In this document: piece after piece, positions 22,001 to 31,196 of the stretch
How positions within the stretch are numbered: position 1 is the first letter of the stretch
How the letters are laid out: each line of letters starts with the position of its first letter
Assembly: GCA_963713855.1 (NCBI GenBank)
Contig: OY970209.1
Location: 736,001-800,000 of the forward strand
Direction of reading: 5' to 3'
Source: an uncultured bacterium
Lineage (GTDB): Bacteria > Babelota > Babeliae > Babelales > Babelaceae
Length of the DNA stretch: 64,000 bases
The notes under the pieces: model-generated
What the model was told of the DNA's origin: nothing
Database searches by the model: none
What the model saw: only the letters and a program-made list of their open reading frames with translations
Translations under genes and position numbers: made by a program

Positions 22001-24147
22001 TCGATGACCTGATGATTCCGATCAAATAACGCGTGTATTGCCTCTTGATCCAGGTGCACGGTATGTTTGCCTAAAGGTATTGCAGTGTTTTTTACGTTTC
22101 CGCTATCAGCAATGAGTGAAAGGTTTTGTGTGCCGAATATCGTTCCACCATGGTTGTAGATGCCAGCTCCAGCTTCACTCTTGGGCACCGAAAGCTCGAC
22201 ATCAAATCCTATTATCTGCCCACCGGGTAGAGGAGTTTTTATCCTAAAATGACGCGTAAGCGTTTTTGTATTAACTATTGTTTTAGCTTCTATTTCAAGC
22301 TTATCGATGCTGCGAATAACTCCGGTATTTATAACATCTGACGCATTATCGATTATCACATCTTTGCCAGTCATCGTTGCTAGATGATAGTTTTCTTTAA
22401 CATCGTTTGTGGTCAAGTAGAGGATTGGCACCAAACATTGCTGGCCTTCAAAGCTATCAAGCGTGTAATAGATTAAGCTTGAAGGAGCTGCTTCTAGCTC
22501 ACTTTGTGAGAGCTTTAAGAAATGTGTTCCTGCTTTAATCTGTAACATGCGGGCTTTTACATCGTTTGGCTGTAACTTTTTCGGGTTACCGAAAGTTGCA
22601 AGAAGTTCCTCATATGCCTTTTGCTCTTCCTCAGAGCAGTCTTGCCATTCCTGTTGCATGTCTTTTCTATTTTCCAAGCTATGCAAACTTCCACGCACAA
22701 GGGCATACAAAAACCCGTTATCGTGAAGGTGATTTAAGAGCTCTATGCAGTCATTTTTCCGATAACCGGGCAAATTGGGCATATGTGTTGCTTCAAAAAG
22801 CACTCTACTTAAAGCGTCGGCTTGCAAATGCAAAGAGAGTAAGGCTTTTTCGTTCCCAGTTATTGATTGATTGTTTTCAATAAGGAATGCAAACTCATTA
22901 AATGGACGCACCGCCTCCTCAGTAGGGTTTAGCGGAGGAACAAACATAAAGCGTTCAGTGTTTGCTTGTTTTTTTGCTATCGTTGCTTTTTCTATGCAAT
23001 TTTTAAGAGAAATTTTTTGAGCTTGAAATGAAGGTAAGGCTATTGGTCCCTCAGGAAGCGTGTTACTTACGTAATATGATCCTTCATGCGATCCTGTTGA
23101 TTGCACGTATGCGTGAGCGGCGATAAGTCCCTCATTAAGCAAGTTTCCAAGCGTGCATGGAACATGTTTGTTGTTAAAAATGCATGTTTTTCCGTTATGA
23201 GTGAGGATTATGTCGTTTCCCGCGCTGATAACAGCAACATCGCATAAAAGGCTAAAATTTCGATTCGTCACGTACTCATCGCTAAACCACCCTTTTTTAA
23301 AATGAGCTTTATGAAAAACATGTTCGTTGCAGTGCGGCGTAACTGTTAAAGACTGCTTATAGGTAACACGTATATCTTTTTGTGCAATGAGCGCTCCGCC
23401 ATCTAAATTCGCTCTATCAGCTGCAACGGCAACTGTACCAGTTTTAGATTCAATAAGTGCGCGAGGGTGCTTTTTTGTAAACGCAAAGTCTTCGAATTTT
23501 TCTGGCTTGCCATCGTTAAAATATTGTAGGCTGCGCCCGGTTTTTTGTCTGGTTGTCTCTCCGTAAGCTAGTTCAAAAGCTTGTGCTTCGATCTCTACGT
23601 CGTTGCGAGCTCTTAAAGCGGTGTGCAGTTTAAAAACTGCTTGCGGCAAAATAAAAGAGGCTTTTCCTCCAATTTCCCACTGCGCAGATACATCGCTTTT
23701 AAAACAGCAGGTGCTCGGTGCTATAAGCTCAAAATCACTATGAGCTATGAGCGTGTTAGATGCTAAAACGGACGTTTGGTTACCGTCTACTTTGAGTGAA
23801 AACGGATTTTGTACATTGAGCTCACTGAGCGTAATGGTGCCATCTAATGCAATGCAAAGTCTGCATTTATTTTCTGGTTCGTCGAGAATAAAATCAACGT
23901 TACCCGTTTTGTGAAAATACTGTGCATAGGGCTCTAAAGCAGAAAGATTACCTAGATCGTAAAACCCTGTTTTTGCATATGGAAGAGTTATGTCAAATAC
24001 AGATTGTTCACCTTTCTTAAAGGACATTCTTAGCGAGCTTGCGCTTTTTACTATCGATACGTGATATGGATCTTGCGATGAAGAGTATGAAAGGGACGAA
24101 AAAAAACAAATCAATACTAAAAGCTGCTGGCGTACATAAAAAGTCAT
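19009..24147 (-). CDS. Filamentous-haemagglutinin-repeat (CdiA-like) polymorphic toxin
   Basis: Signal peptide. CdiA YP-like segment (LHDNG...LSQSEL...IYY...GQQCLVPILYL), FHA-2-like beta-repeats, pre-toxin TG-like segment (LLDLVPVVGDIKA...LLAIP) and basic C-terminal toxin-like domain (IRLMDAGSGMRPKPYFRV...THIEL). Confidence 0.75.
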   Translation of the reverse strand: MTFYVRQQLLVLICFFSSLSYSSSQDPYHVSIVKSASSLRMSFKKGEQSVFDITLPYAKTGFYDLGNLSALEPYAQYFHKTGNVDFILDEPENKCRLCIALDGTITLSELNVQNPFSLKVDGNQTSVLASNTLIAHSDFELIAPSTCCFKSDVSAQWEIGGKASFILPQAVFKLHTALRARNDVEIEAQAFELAYGETTRQKTGRSLQYFNDGKPEKFEDFAFTKKHPRALIESKTGTVAVAADRANLDGGALIAQKDIRVTYKQSLTVTPHCNEHVFHKAHFKKGWFSDEYVTNRNFSLLCDVAVISAGNDIILTHNGKTCIFNNKHVPCTLGNLLNEGLIAAHAYVQSTGSHEGSYYVSNTLPEGPIALPSFQAQKISLKNCIEKATIAKKQANTERFMFVPPLNPTEEAVRPFNEFAFLIENNQSITGNEKALLSLHLQADALSRVLFEATHMPNLPGYRKNDCIELLNHLHDNGFLYALVRGSLHSLENRKDMQQEWQDCSEEEQKAYEELLATFGNPKKLQPNDVKARMLQIKAGTHFLKLSQSELEAAPSSLIYYTLDSFEGQQCLVPILYLTTNDVKENYHLATMTGKDVIIDNASDVINTGVIRSIDKLEIEAKTIVNTKTLTRHFRIKTPLPGGQIIGFDVELSVPKSEAGAGIYNHGGTIFGTQNLSLIADSGNVKNTAIPLGKHTVHLDQEAIHALFDRNHQVIDYYPGRLISGGDMTIVAQAGRFLNEASRIIARGDVHLKSYANVVLKSLVSHTAEQTSHVNGMSFEQISLDGIKVHRSEIHSQGNVFIESTAGQIKDTASSFRGAGFTFKSALGNEFKPLALDISLAKAKTGFDTFSFGHVVDTVHTRGYAQTTFENTGKLEFDSALDNVFQAVIFTNDNEPIHIVAARDNVFKGAKKLTNIQSDGWSFGVSFFGSKSIQALENDDIQGAAWYLVNEDPLLAALLALKESSNAADKVANSTYSTIEALRLFLAYEEQAKTSQHPAIRVLGQRLGLTDDSGKFNPRMLWRLGTVQSHEHSTSNLKTVINGSQVELKSGNQLLLLDGTEIHAHDVTIDAKEVHGKAARDEYAKGTTTLGMTFGNDGSLGVDASYTQEDSTSYNNVKINAGNFTLRAENVHCHGCRVNVTNADINVKKELDLASVSDTRNGFTAGASVLDGASTIAAAFNYHKRAQKTIREPSGIHASKHLNVLTDTLNLNGAYITSDDPDARVQAKNIYHEDIDGYSESSSINLSNTASTQGSDILGIRAIVDARLFNESQDEKTRATIDKTMLIITEDDLSKINRDRAQIHAVDPIESTVYRAVIPIVDREKFKKGLDKVKTVLSHNEPITADIFDKLIEELGIQKPTEAEKEAIAQIINKLESDDTNKEPQEPEKISNEQTSSNNDSNPTNEQKEASYSGSETCINGEKLTVEELSLGTLQQKDDQLVAHVEHNPDGTITITYKGKSAILKVSGTINYFDQLLKEFDDILKQSGLTKDKSEADILKLMVTEREILTEHFRQRGIVCSFLLDLVPVVGDIKAAYQTLTDKEASLKTKLAVLGLLAIPHARSIGKTVKWCAYKILKSLKSVKKVKTDSIFKRLSSFATNVAKTGYIKKGSQVVDFNTRAAAEKVANFFKGTIKEAKNGKGWVVAILKDNRKIEIRLMDAGSGMRPKPYFRVTVPKSALTIEGKLSNKPKLTHIELTENYFEQIQNIVKKC

Positions 24148-24504
24148 GAAAGACCTTTCGTAATAAGTTGTTTAAAAGAACAACTCCATTACTACGGTCC
24201 ACATTTTTGATGGTAGCAGATATATTAATACACATTTTATATTTAATCAAATTTTTTTAATTTCTTTACTGAAAATCAAAATTTTTATGTAATGCGCATT
24301 TAAAAAAATGGCACGCGTGCTTGAGATGTCGTTTACCTAAGTAGAAACTGTATTCGTAAAATCGGTGCCATAAGACTTAGCTTAGACATCACTATTTTCA
24401 TGAAAAGATGGCGTTAGCTCGTACATGAGCATCGTTGAAGTATTGCACTATCAGCATGAAATAGTTTATAATTGAAATAAATCTGAATAAAAAAGGGACT
24501 ATTT

Positions 24505-24909
24505 ATGAAATCTTTTATCAGATGTGCACTGGTAGTCGCCACAGTACTTAGCATGACATCTTTGGCAAACGCATATGAGTATAAAATTGGTAACTGCCTT
24601 AATGAAACTATCAGGGTGCAGCTCGTCGGCACCGGTTGGCAAGAAGGTGCTACGGGATTAGAGCGAGCAGGCGGTTGTACCGCTCCTACCATTGACGTGC
24701 CAGCGGGAGAAATAAGTCCAGTGATAGGAGTTCAAGGTGTTTCGGCGCCAGAGACTTGCTGCGCAGACCATCTTGTCGTTAATGGATCGATCACCATTCC
24801 ATTGGACCCACAAACTTTTTGTAGTCCAGTTGGGCTTCCGACTATTTATATTAGTAAGGTTGCAGCTACTGGTCACTTCGTTGCTTCTAAAACGACTTGC
24901 TATCCATAG
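24505..24909 (+). CDS. Small secreted cysteine-rich protein
   Basis: Signal peptide ending SLANA, six Cys in the mature part, AAGGG RBS. Confidence 0.7.
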   Translation: MKSFIRCALVVATVLSMTSLANAYEYKIGNCLNETIRVQLVGTGWQEGATGLERAGGCTAPTIDVPAGEISPVIGVQGVSAPETCCADHLVVNGSITIPLDPQTFCSPVGLPTIYISKVAATGHFVASKTTCYP

Positions 24910-26536
24910 GAGAATGTGGAGCTAAGTCTCTTGGTAAACCGGTAAACTGATGAATGAGATCGCGTATTTCCTGAGGAAGTTCTGAAAATTGCCTAGGATG
25001 AGGAAATGCGCCGACTAGGGTTGTTTCTGTTTCTTGAGGTTCTTGAATTTGCTGGTTTTCTAGAATTATCTCGTTTAAGTGTTGCATTCTTAAGCGCTCT
25101 ACAAGATAATCCCTTAACAATACCCGGATTCTTCGATGGTCCCCATTAGGTCGCTGCCTTTCACTATTATAAAGCTTTCTACCTAAGTCTTTAACACTGA
25201 GCTCAATATCCACCGTGCACCACAGTGCCACCTGCAGAATCAATCCGACCAAGTCAACATTTGCTTGTTGTACGGCTAAATGAAGCCCTTCTTCTAATGT
25301 ATTAAGCCACAATTCTCTGTTGTGCCTCATGTCCGCATTTGCTAATAACCATTGAGCATTTTCTGGGCGATTAGATCCTGTTGCGCATAGGAATGCAGAG
25401 GAAAACATTTCTTGATTTACTGGGGTGGCGCTATTTGCAACAATTTTTTGTAGGGTTGAAGGCGACCCTCTGGAGGCTGCCAGTTCAAGCATTAGTTTGG
25501 AATGCATAGTATCCAGAAACCAAGGAGTCTCAGGGCGGCTCACAAACGTAGCACTAAGGTCAAAGAGCGCAAGGTCGGTGATCCATCCAAGTAAGATTTC
25601 GACAACTAGGGGTTCATTACTATTTTCTGGGTTTTGTACAGTAATCCAAAACTTAGATATGTTCTTCCTTGAAGGTAAGATACTAAGAAGATTATGCGAG
25701 AGAAAGCAAAATAGAAGTGCTAATTTTTCATGAGTAGGTACGCCAAAGTACGTAAATTGAATTTTGTAAAATAGAGAAAGGACGTCAAGAATACCAATGC
25801 GCAAATTGTTACTAAAAAGCTGCAAGCTCTTAAGAAAAGAGGATAAAAAGTTGTGCATATGCATAAGCCGTTGAGGATCGCTCTTAGAAAAGAGGTCTGA
25901 GGCAGTACCAACAATTCTAGTAATACAAATTCCAAAACTCATTTCATCGAAAGAGGATCCATTTTTATGAAGTACCTTAAGCATTTTCTTCATCAGAGCA
26001 GCTTCTTCAGCATATTTCAAAGTCTTAAGGACTCTTGAGCATGCAAAACTTATAACTGTGTATGGATCTATCATTCGACCGTTGTCATCTTTCGTGGGTA
26101 TTCCAGCCTCTGCGTTTACGTCAGCTCCATGAGCTAAAAGGAAAGCCAATGCATCACAATAACACCCTCGCGCTGCAAGAAAAATGGGCCGGTCTTGGTT
26201 TTGGTTATTAGCTACAGCATCAACAGATGCCCCTCTTTCAACAAGTACAGCAATGATATCGGCGAAGCCGTTTTGCGCAGCAAGGTGAATACTTTGAAAA
26301 CCATCCTGATTGGTTATCGTTATATCAGGGCCAAGCGCAAGAATAGATAACGCTTCTTCTTTATTCTTTCGCTCAAGCGCATCTAAAAGCTTTTTTCCTA
26401 AATTGATTGCTGTTTTATCTTCAGATTCCTCCTGGCGAGGTTCGTCTTGATTTTGTCCCTCCATAGCTATGAGTTTTTCAAATAAGCCAAGAAATAAGCT
26501 GCACATAAGCGTTGCAAGTATGTGAGTGTACTTCAT
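24887..26536 (-). CDS. Exported ankyrin-repeat protein with C-terminal F-box-like motif, copy 1
   Basis: Signal peptide + AME, ANK repeats (SIHLAAQNG, RPIFLAARG), C-terminal FSELPQEIRDLIHQF. Confidence 0.85.
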   Translation of the reverse strand: MKYTHILATLMCSLFLGLFEKLIAMEGQNQDEPRQEESEDKTAINLGKKLLDALERKNKEEALSILALGPDITITNQDGFQSIHLAAQNGFADIIAVLVERGASVDAVANNQNQDRPIFLAARGCYCDALAFLLAHGADVNAEAGIPTKDDNGRMIDPYTVISFACSRVLKTLKYAEEAALMKKMLKVLHKNGSSFDEMSFGICITRIVGTASDLFSKSDPQRLMHMHNFLSSFLKSLQLFSNNLRIGILDVLSLFYKIQFTYFGVPTHEKLALLFCFLSHNLLSILPSRKNISKFWITVQNPENSNEPLVVEILLGWITDLALFDLSATFVSRPETPWFLDTMHSKLMLELAASRGSPSTLQKIVANSATPVNQEMFSSAFLCATGSNRPENAQWLLANADMRHNRELWLNTLEEGLHLAVQQANVDLVGLILQVALWCTVDIELSVKDLGRKLYNSERQRPNGDHRRIRVLLRDYLVERLRMQHLNEIILENQQIQEPQETETTLVGAFPHPRQFSELPQEIRDLIHQFTGLPRDLAPHSPMDSKSF

Positions 26537-26586
26537 TACAGACAATCTCTTTTTGGTTAAAGTAATTCTGTATTAGCTACCTTTTA

Positions 26587-28239
26587 TTATAATGAATGCA
26601 AGCCTCTTCCTAAACGAGCAAGTTCATGAATTTGAACGCGTATTTCCGCAGGAAGTTGCGCAATGTATGCAGGATGAGGAACCGCTCCTACGGATGTCGT
26701 TTCTACTGCGAGTGCTTCAGTTTCATTTGGTGCACCACGTAAAATGAGATGGCTAATGTTTAAGCGTCGTCGAAAATAATCAGATAATGATCGTCTCATG
26801 AGACGGTAGTTTTCGTTTCGTTGTTCTCCCGCTCTTTCTTCTTGAATTTCCCTACCATGGAGCATTCGACCCAATTCTCTGACATCAAGCTCGATATCAT
26901 GCTCGAGTGCAAAATCAAGAATTAATTTAACTTCGGGAACTTGTTCACGCAGCACAGCAAGGTAGAGTCCTTCGGCTAATGCGGCAAGCCATAGTTGTCT
27001 ATTATCTGAGACAGATGCATTACCTAATAACCATCGGACATTTTCTGCGCGACCGGACCCTGCTGCGCATATTAATGCGGCAGCAAACATTTCTTGAGTT
27101 ACTGGTGCAGTGCTGTTCTTAACGATTTCTTCCATGATATCTGTTGTGCCTCTAGAGGCAGCTAGTTCAAGCAGTAGTTTGCAATTCATCTTATCTAGAA
27201 GCCAAGGACTGTTAGGCGGTATCGCCTTTCGAACTTTTATTTTGCTTAATTCAAAGCTATCCGTCCACCAAAGAGCAATATCGCTAGGTTCCGGGATACT
27301 TCTATGGTCTACATAATCCAGTACTTCGATATTAAAATCAGATCCAACACTGTCCGAAGTGATAGCAAGAAGGCCATGTGAGAGAAAGCATGATAGCAGT
27401 ATGAACTTATGATGGTTATTTGGAAAAAGATTGGCTGTTGTGACAGTCCCGTGAAAGCCTGAAAGGACCCGATTAAAATCGGCGCGGAAATTGCTAAAAG
27501 GTTGTATATTCTCAAGACAAGATGATAAGAAGTTGTACATATTGATAGTCTTTAGGGGATTGTAAATAGAAACAATCTTTTTAGCAACTTGTAGAATTGA
27601 TAATAGTGAGAAGTTGAAGTTTGGTTCATCGAATGAAGCACCATATTTAAAAAGGAGCTTAAGCATTTTCTTCATACCAGGAAGGATCTCATCCGCGCCT
27701 TGATACGGTCTGGTCGAAAGGGTCCTAATACACGCAAAATGGACAACATGACCCATGACATTTAGTAATTGAGCTTTACTTTGACCAAATACATATGCCT
27801 GTGCTGTTACGTCAGCGCCATTAGCTAGAAGGAAAGCTAGAGTGTCAAGATGACCCTCGCGTACGGCAAGAAAGATGGGCCGGAAAGCGCCCTCATTATC
27901 TGTTGGAGCATTAACCGAAGCTCCTCTTTGAAAAAGCATAGCGACTATATCAGTCCAACCATTTGATGCAGCAAGGTGAATACTCTGAAAGCCTTGCTGA
28001 TTAGTCATCGTAATATCAGGGTTGAGCTTCAGTATACGTAATGCTTCTTCCTTGTTTTTTTTCTCAAGTGCATTTAAAAGCTTTTTTCCTAAATCTGCTG
28101 GTGAAAGATCTTCTAAGCTTTCAATGTTCTCTTCTTGCCGAGGTTCATCTTGGCTCTGTCCTTCCATAGCGATAAGTTCACTTGGTAATAAAAGGCCTAA
28201 AGTGCAGATGATAATTGCTAGAAAGTGTGCGTATTTCAT
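26587..28239 (-). CDS. Exported ankyrin-repeat protein with C-terminal F-box-like motif, copy 2
   Basis: Signal peptide + AME, ANK repeats, C-terminal IAQLPAEIRVQIHEL. Confidence 0.85.
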   Translation of the reverse strand: MKYAHFLAIIICTLGLLLPSELIAMEGQSQDEPRQEENIESLEDLSPADLGKKLLNALEKKNKEEALRILKLNPDITMTNQQGFQSIHLAASNGWTDIVAMLFQRGASVNAPTDNEGAFRPIFLAVREGHLDTLAFLLANGADVTAQAYVFGQSKAQLLNVMGHVVHFACIRTLSTRPYQGADEILPGMKKMLKLLFKYGASFDEPNFNFSLLSILQVAKKIVSIYNPLKTINMYNFLSSCLENIQPFSNFRADFNRVLSGFHGTVTTANLFPNNHHKFILLSCFLSHGLLAITSDSVGSDFNIEVLDYVDHRSIPEPSDIALWWTDSFELSKIKVRKAIPPNSPWLLDKMNCKLLLELAASRGTTDIMEEIVKNSTAPVTQEMFAAALICAAGSGRAENVRWLLGNASVSDNRQLWLAALAEGLYLAVLREQVPEVKLILDFALEHDIELDVRELGRMLHGREIQEERAGEQRNENYRLMRRSLSDYFRRRLNISHLILRGAPNETEALAVETTSVGAVPHPAYIAQLPAEIRVQIHELARLGRGLHSL

Positions 28240-28306
28240 TAAAGGACATACCTCATTATGTACATCAATTTTACGTTAACCGCTTATTGCTATTAGCTGT
28301 CACTTA

Positions 28307-29932
28307 TTATAACTGATATAAGCTGTTTCCTAAACCAGCGTACCCATGAATAATTAAGCGCATTTCTGCAGGAAGTTGTGTAAAGCTTGTAGGGCGAAGA
28401 ACCGCACCAGTCAAAGTTGTTTCGGTTTCTTGAGCTTCGTCAGGCTGGCCATTTAAAAGCGAACGGCTTATTCTGTGGCGTCGTAAAGTATATTCATATA
28501 ATGACCCACGAATTGCTCTATGATTTAAGTTAGGTTGCAGCCCATTCTCAAGCCGACGGCGTTCCATAGCATAAAGCATTCGGCCTAATTCTCTGACGTC
28601 AATCGGGATGTCATGCGTGATAACGAACTCAAGAATTAATTTGACTACGTTATGATGTTCCCGTAGGGCAGCTGAGTAAAGTCCATCATTTAGTGCATTG
28701 AACCATAAATTAGTGTAATCGGTGATGTTTGCGTTTTCTAATAACCGTTGAACGTTTTCAGAGCGACCAGACCCTGCAGCGCATAAAAACGCGGAAGCAA
28801 ACATTTCCTGAGTTACTTTTATACTGCTATTCTTGATGATTTCTGTCATGAGGTCCACTGTTCCCTGAGAGGCTGTCCAATCAAGCAGCATTTTACAATG
28901 CCTTTCATCTAGAAGCCATGCGGGATTGGAATCAAACTTAATTTCGGTGAGAGTGTCGTTTTCCCAAGAAAGCGAGATGCGAAGACTGTTAGTCACGTCT
29001 CCAGTGTTAACTGCAGAGTTAATTCGGCTCATATTTGGTATTGAATGAGGTTTAGCCAGCAGATTATGCGTTGAAAAGCATGAGAGGAGCATGAATATAT
29101 CGGGGTATGGATAGAACTTATTAGTATTTACTCTTTCCTTGTCCATGAAGATAGACATAATGTCATTTACACTAAGTTGGAAATTGACATAAGGCCGCAT
29201 GCTCTCAAGAAAAGAAGATAAGAATGTGTACATTTTTATAAACTTCACAGCAGTATTTTCAGTTGTAATCGACCTCGAAGCCATCAAAACACAACGAATT
29301 GATTGCCAAAACGAAGGTTCATCGAATGAAGCGCCATGTTTAAAAAGGAGCTTAAGGATTGACTTCAAACATTTGGCTTCAAGGTAGTAGCTCATAGATT
29401 TAAATGCCTTAAGGGCCGCGCATATTGCGGCATGACCCATAATGTTGATGGGTACGCTTTTCACGGTATTAGGCTCATCCCCTCTGACACGCAGTAGGCA
29501 AGCTGTATTTACGTCAGCTCCACGAAGTAAAAGGAAACTTAAGGTCTCGAGGTCTCCCGCCCCCGCGGCAAGAAAAATGGGGCGGTCGTCTGTCAAATTA
29601 CGAGCTACTGCATCGAGCGAAGCTCCCTTTTTAAGAAGCAGGTCAATTACGTCAGTCCAGCCATTGAGTGTGGCAAGGTGAATACTTTGTAACCCTTGAT
29701 CATTAGGTAGCGTAACATCAGGATTAAGCTGAAGAATACGTAAGGCTTCTTCTTTATTTTTTTCCTCAAGAGCATCTAGCAGCTTTTTTCCTAAATTGGT
29801 TGGAGAATTTTCATCAGCAAATTCCTCTTTGCGAGGTTCGTCTGGTTCTTGTCCCTCCATGGCGATGAGTTTGCTAGGTAAGGCAAAGCCTAAGCTTGAG
29901 ATAAGAATAAAGAGAAAATGTGTACGTTTCAT
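28307..29932 (-). CDS. Exported ankyrin-repeat protein with C-terminal F-box-like motif, copy 3
   Basis: Signal peptide + AME, ANK repeats, C-terminal FTQLPAEMRLIIHGY. Confidence 0.85.
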   Translation of the reverse strand: MKRTHFLFILISSLGFALPSKLIAMEGQEPDEPRKEEFADENSPTNLGKKLLDALEEKNKEEALRILQLNPDVTLPNDQGLQSIHLATLNGWTDVIDLLLKKGASLDAVARNLTDDRPIFLAAGAGDLETLSFLLLRGADVNTACLLRVRGDEPNTVKSVPINIMGHAAICAALKAFKSMSYYLEAKCLKSILKLLFKHGASFDEPSFWQSIRCVLMASRSITTENTAVKFIKMYTFLSSFLESMRPYVNFQLSVNDIMSIFMDKERVNTNKFYPYPDIFMLLSCFSTHNLLAKPHSIPNMSRINSAVNTGDVTNSLRISLSWENDTLTEIKFDSNPAWLLDERHCKMLLDWTASQGTVDLMTEIIKNSSIKVTQEMFASAFLCAAGSGRSENVQRLLENANITDYTNLWFNALNDGLYSAALREHHNVVKLILEFVITHDIPIDVRELGRMLYAMERRRLENGLQPNLNHRAIRGSLYEYTLRRHRISRSLLNGQPDEAQETETTLTGAVLRPTSFTQLPAEMRLIIHGYAGLGNSLYQL

Positions 29933-30032
29933 TACGAGTATACCTTCTACGTTTAATAAAATCTTGAGGCCAGACTTGAGAAAACACTGGTCTCATCGAG
30001 CATTTTTTTGTTCAAGTAGAGCTGTTATATAT

Positions 30033-30060
30033 AGACTAACTTAATTTAAAAATATTTCAA
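30033..30060 (-). promoter_or_regulatory. Putative sigma70-type promoter shared with the copy at 34731..34758
   Basis: TTGAAA-16nt-TAGTCT, nearly identical upstream of ankyrin copies 3 and 5. Confidence 0.5.
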
Positions 30061-30240
30061 TAGAGCATTAATCACGCGATTTGTTCGGCGCGTCTTGGTC
30101 TTGCTGAATAAAATAGTCTCTCGATGGTAAATTTTTTGGCCTATCTGTGAACTAAAAACCTTTTTTGGCTTGACAATTTTCGGATATGCTATACGATTAT
30201 TTATAAAATTAATGACAACGAGCAAATATAAGGCTGAAAC

Positions 30241-31131
30241 ATGTTTAGATTTAAGACAGATTTTTTTCGATATTTAATCACTTTCTCTCTGCTGGGCCTC
30301 GCGCAAGCGATGCAAGGTATGGAAGGTTTAGGGGCCCCAGGTTCCGTAGAAGTTACTGGAGCTACCGTAGCAAATGTTAGAGCTCAGTTAGGAATCGACG
30401 TGGCTGATGCGTTGCTTGCGCAACAACTGATGAATGAAGATCTTGATAGACTTTATCCGGAAGATCAAGGGCTGCCTGAGGAGAACCGTCGTTCAGGCGT
30501 TGAGGCGTTAACTCGTAAGAGAAAAAGAGCAACATGCACGGTGAGTTCTTTAGATTCTCCACCAAGAGCAAAAAGAGTTTCTGTAAAACATACTGATGCT
30601 CCACATCCTTTACTTCAGGCTCTCGAAAATGCGAGTTTTGAGCCTTCAGCTGAGTTAGTAGAGGACATTTTAAAAATGTTGGATGATCGAGGCATACCTT
30701 CTCAAGTGCTTCTCAAAGCATTTACTATGGCTATCTCTAGAGATTTAACTGATATTGCTCTCAAGATTTTTAATCCAGGAAATCTGCAAAGTTCGCGATT
30801 GAGTTTGCAGCAACTGTGCATAGAACTTCTTCGCATAGCGAATAATATGGATGGTGAATTGTTACAAAAGCTTGCACACTTTCGTGACCCGATAACTGAA
30901 GAAGGTATACATCCAAACATTCTCCTGACTTTATTTGAAAGAGCATTAAAAAACGGTCAATCGGCAGTGGTAGAATTGCTTGTAAGTTGTTGTACGTTAT
31001 CACAATTGGGTCATGTGTATGACAAAATAGATATTGAAGTGCACAAAGAGCTTGCTAAACTTATCGCTGATCGTATGGAAAAAATACTATTAGACTCTTC
31101 AATACCTGTCGATTCCTCTTTTCTTAATTAG
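30241..31131 (+). CDS. Exported effector-like protein with MIU-like helix, bipartite NLS-like segment and degenerate ankyrin-like C-terminus
   Basis: Signal peptide + GME, VADALLAQQLMNEDL, RKRKR-13aa-RAKR, ALKNGQSAVVELLV. Confidence 0.65.
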   Translation: MFRFKTDFFRYLITFSLLGLAQAMQGMEGLGAPGSVEVTGATVANVRAQLGIDVADALLAQQLMNEDLDRLYPEDQGLPEENRRSGVEALTRKRKRATCTVSSLDSPPRAKRVSVKHTDAPHPLLQALENASFEPSAELVEDILKMLDDRGIPSQVLLKAFTMAISRDLTDIALKIFNPGNLQSSRLSLQQLCIELLRIANNMDGELLQKLAHFRDPITEEGIHPNILLTLFERALKNGQSAVVELLVSCCTLSQLGHVYDKIDIEVHKELAKLIADRMEKILLDSSIPVDSSFLN

Positions 31132-31139
31132 TAAAAAAT

Positions 31140-31160
31140 AGGGGGACATTTTGTCCCCCT
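31140..31160. terminator. Bidirectional terminator between convergent genes
   Basis: AGGGGGACA-TTT-TGTCCCCCT hairpin. Confidence 0.75.
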
Positions 31161-31196
31161 TATCTTTGTAAGGTCACTATAAACCTTACCCGTACA

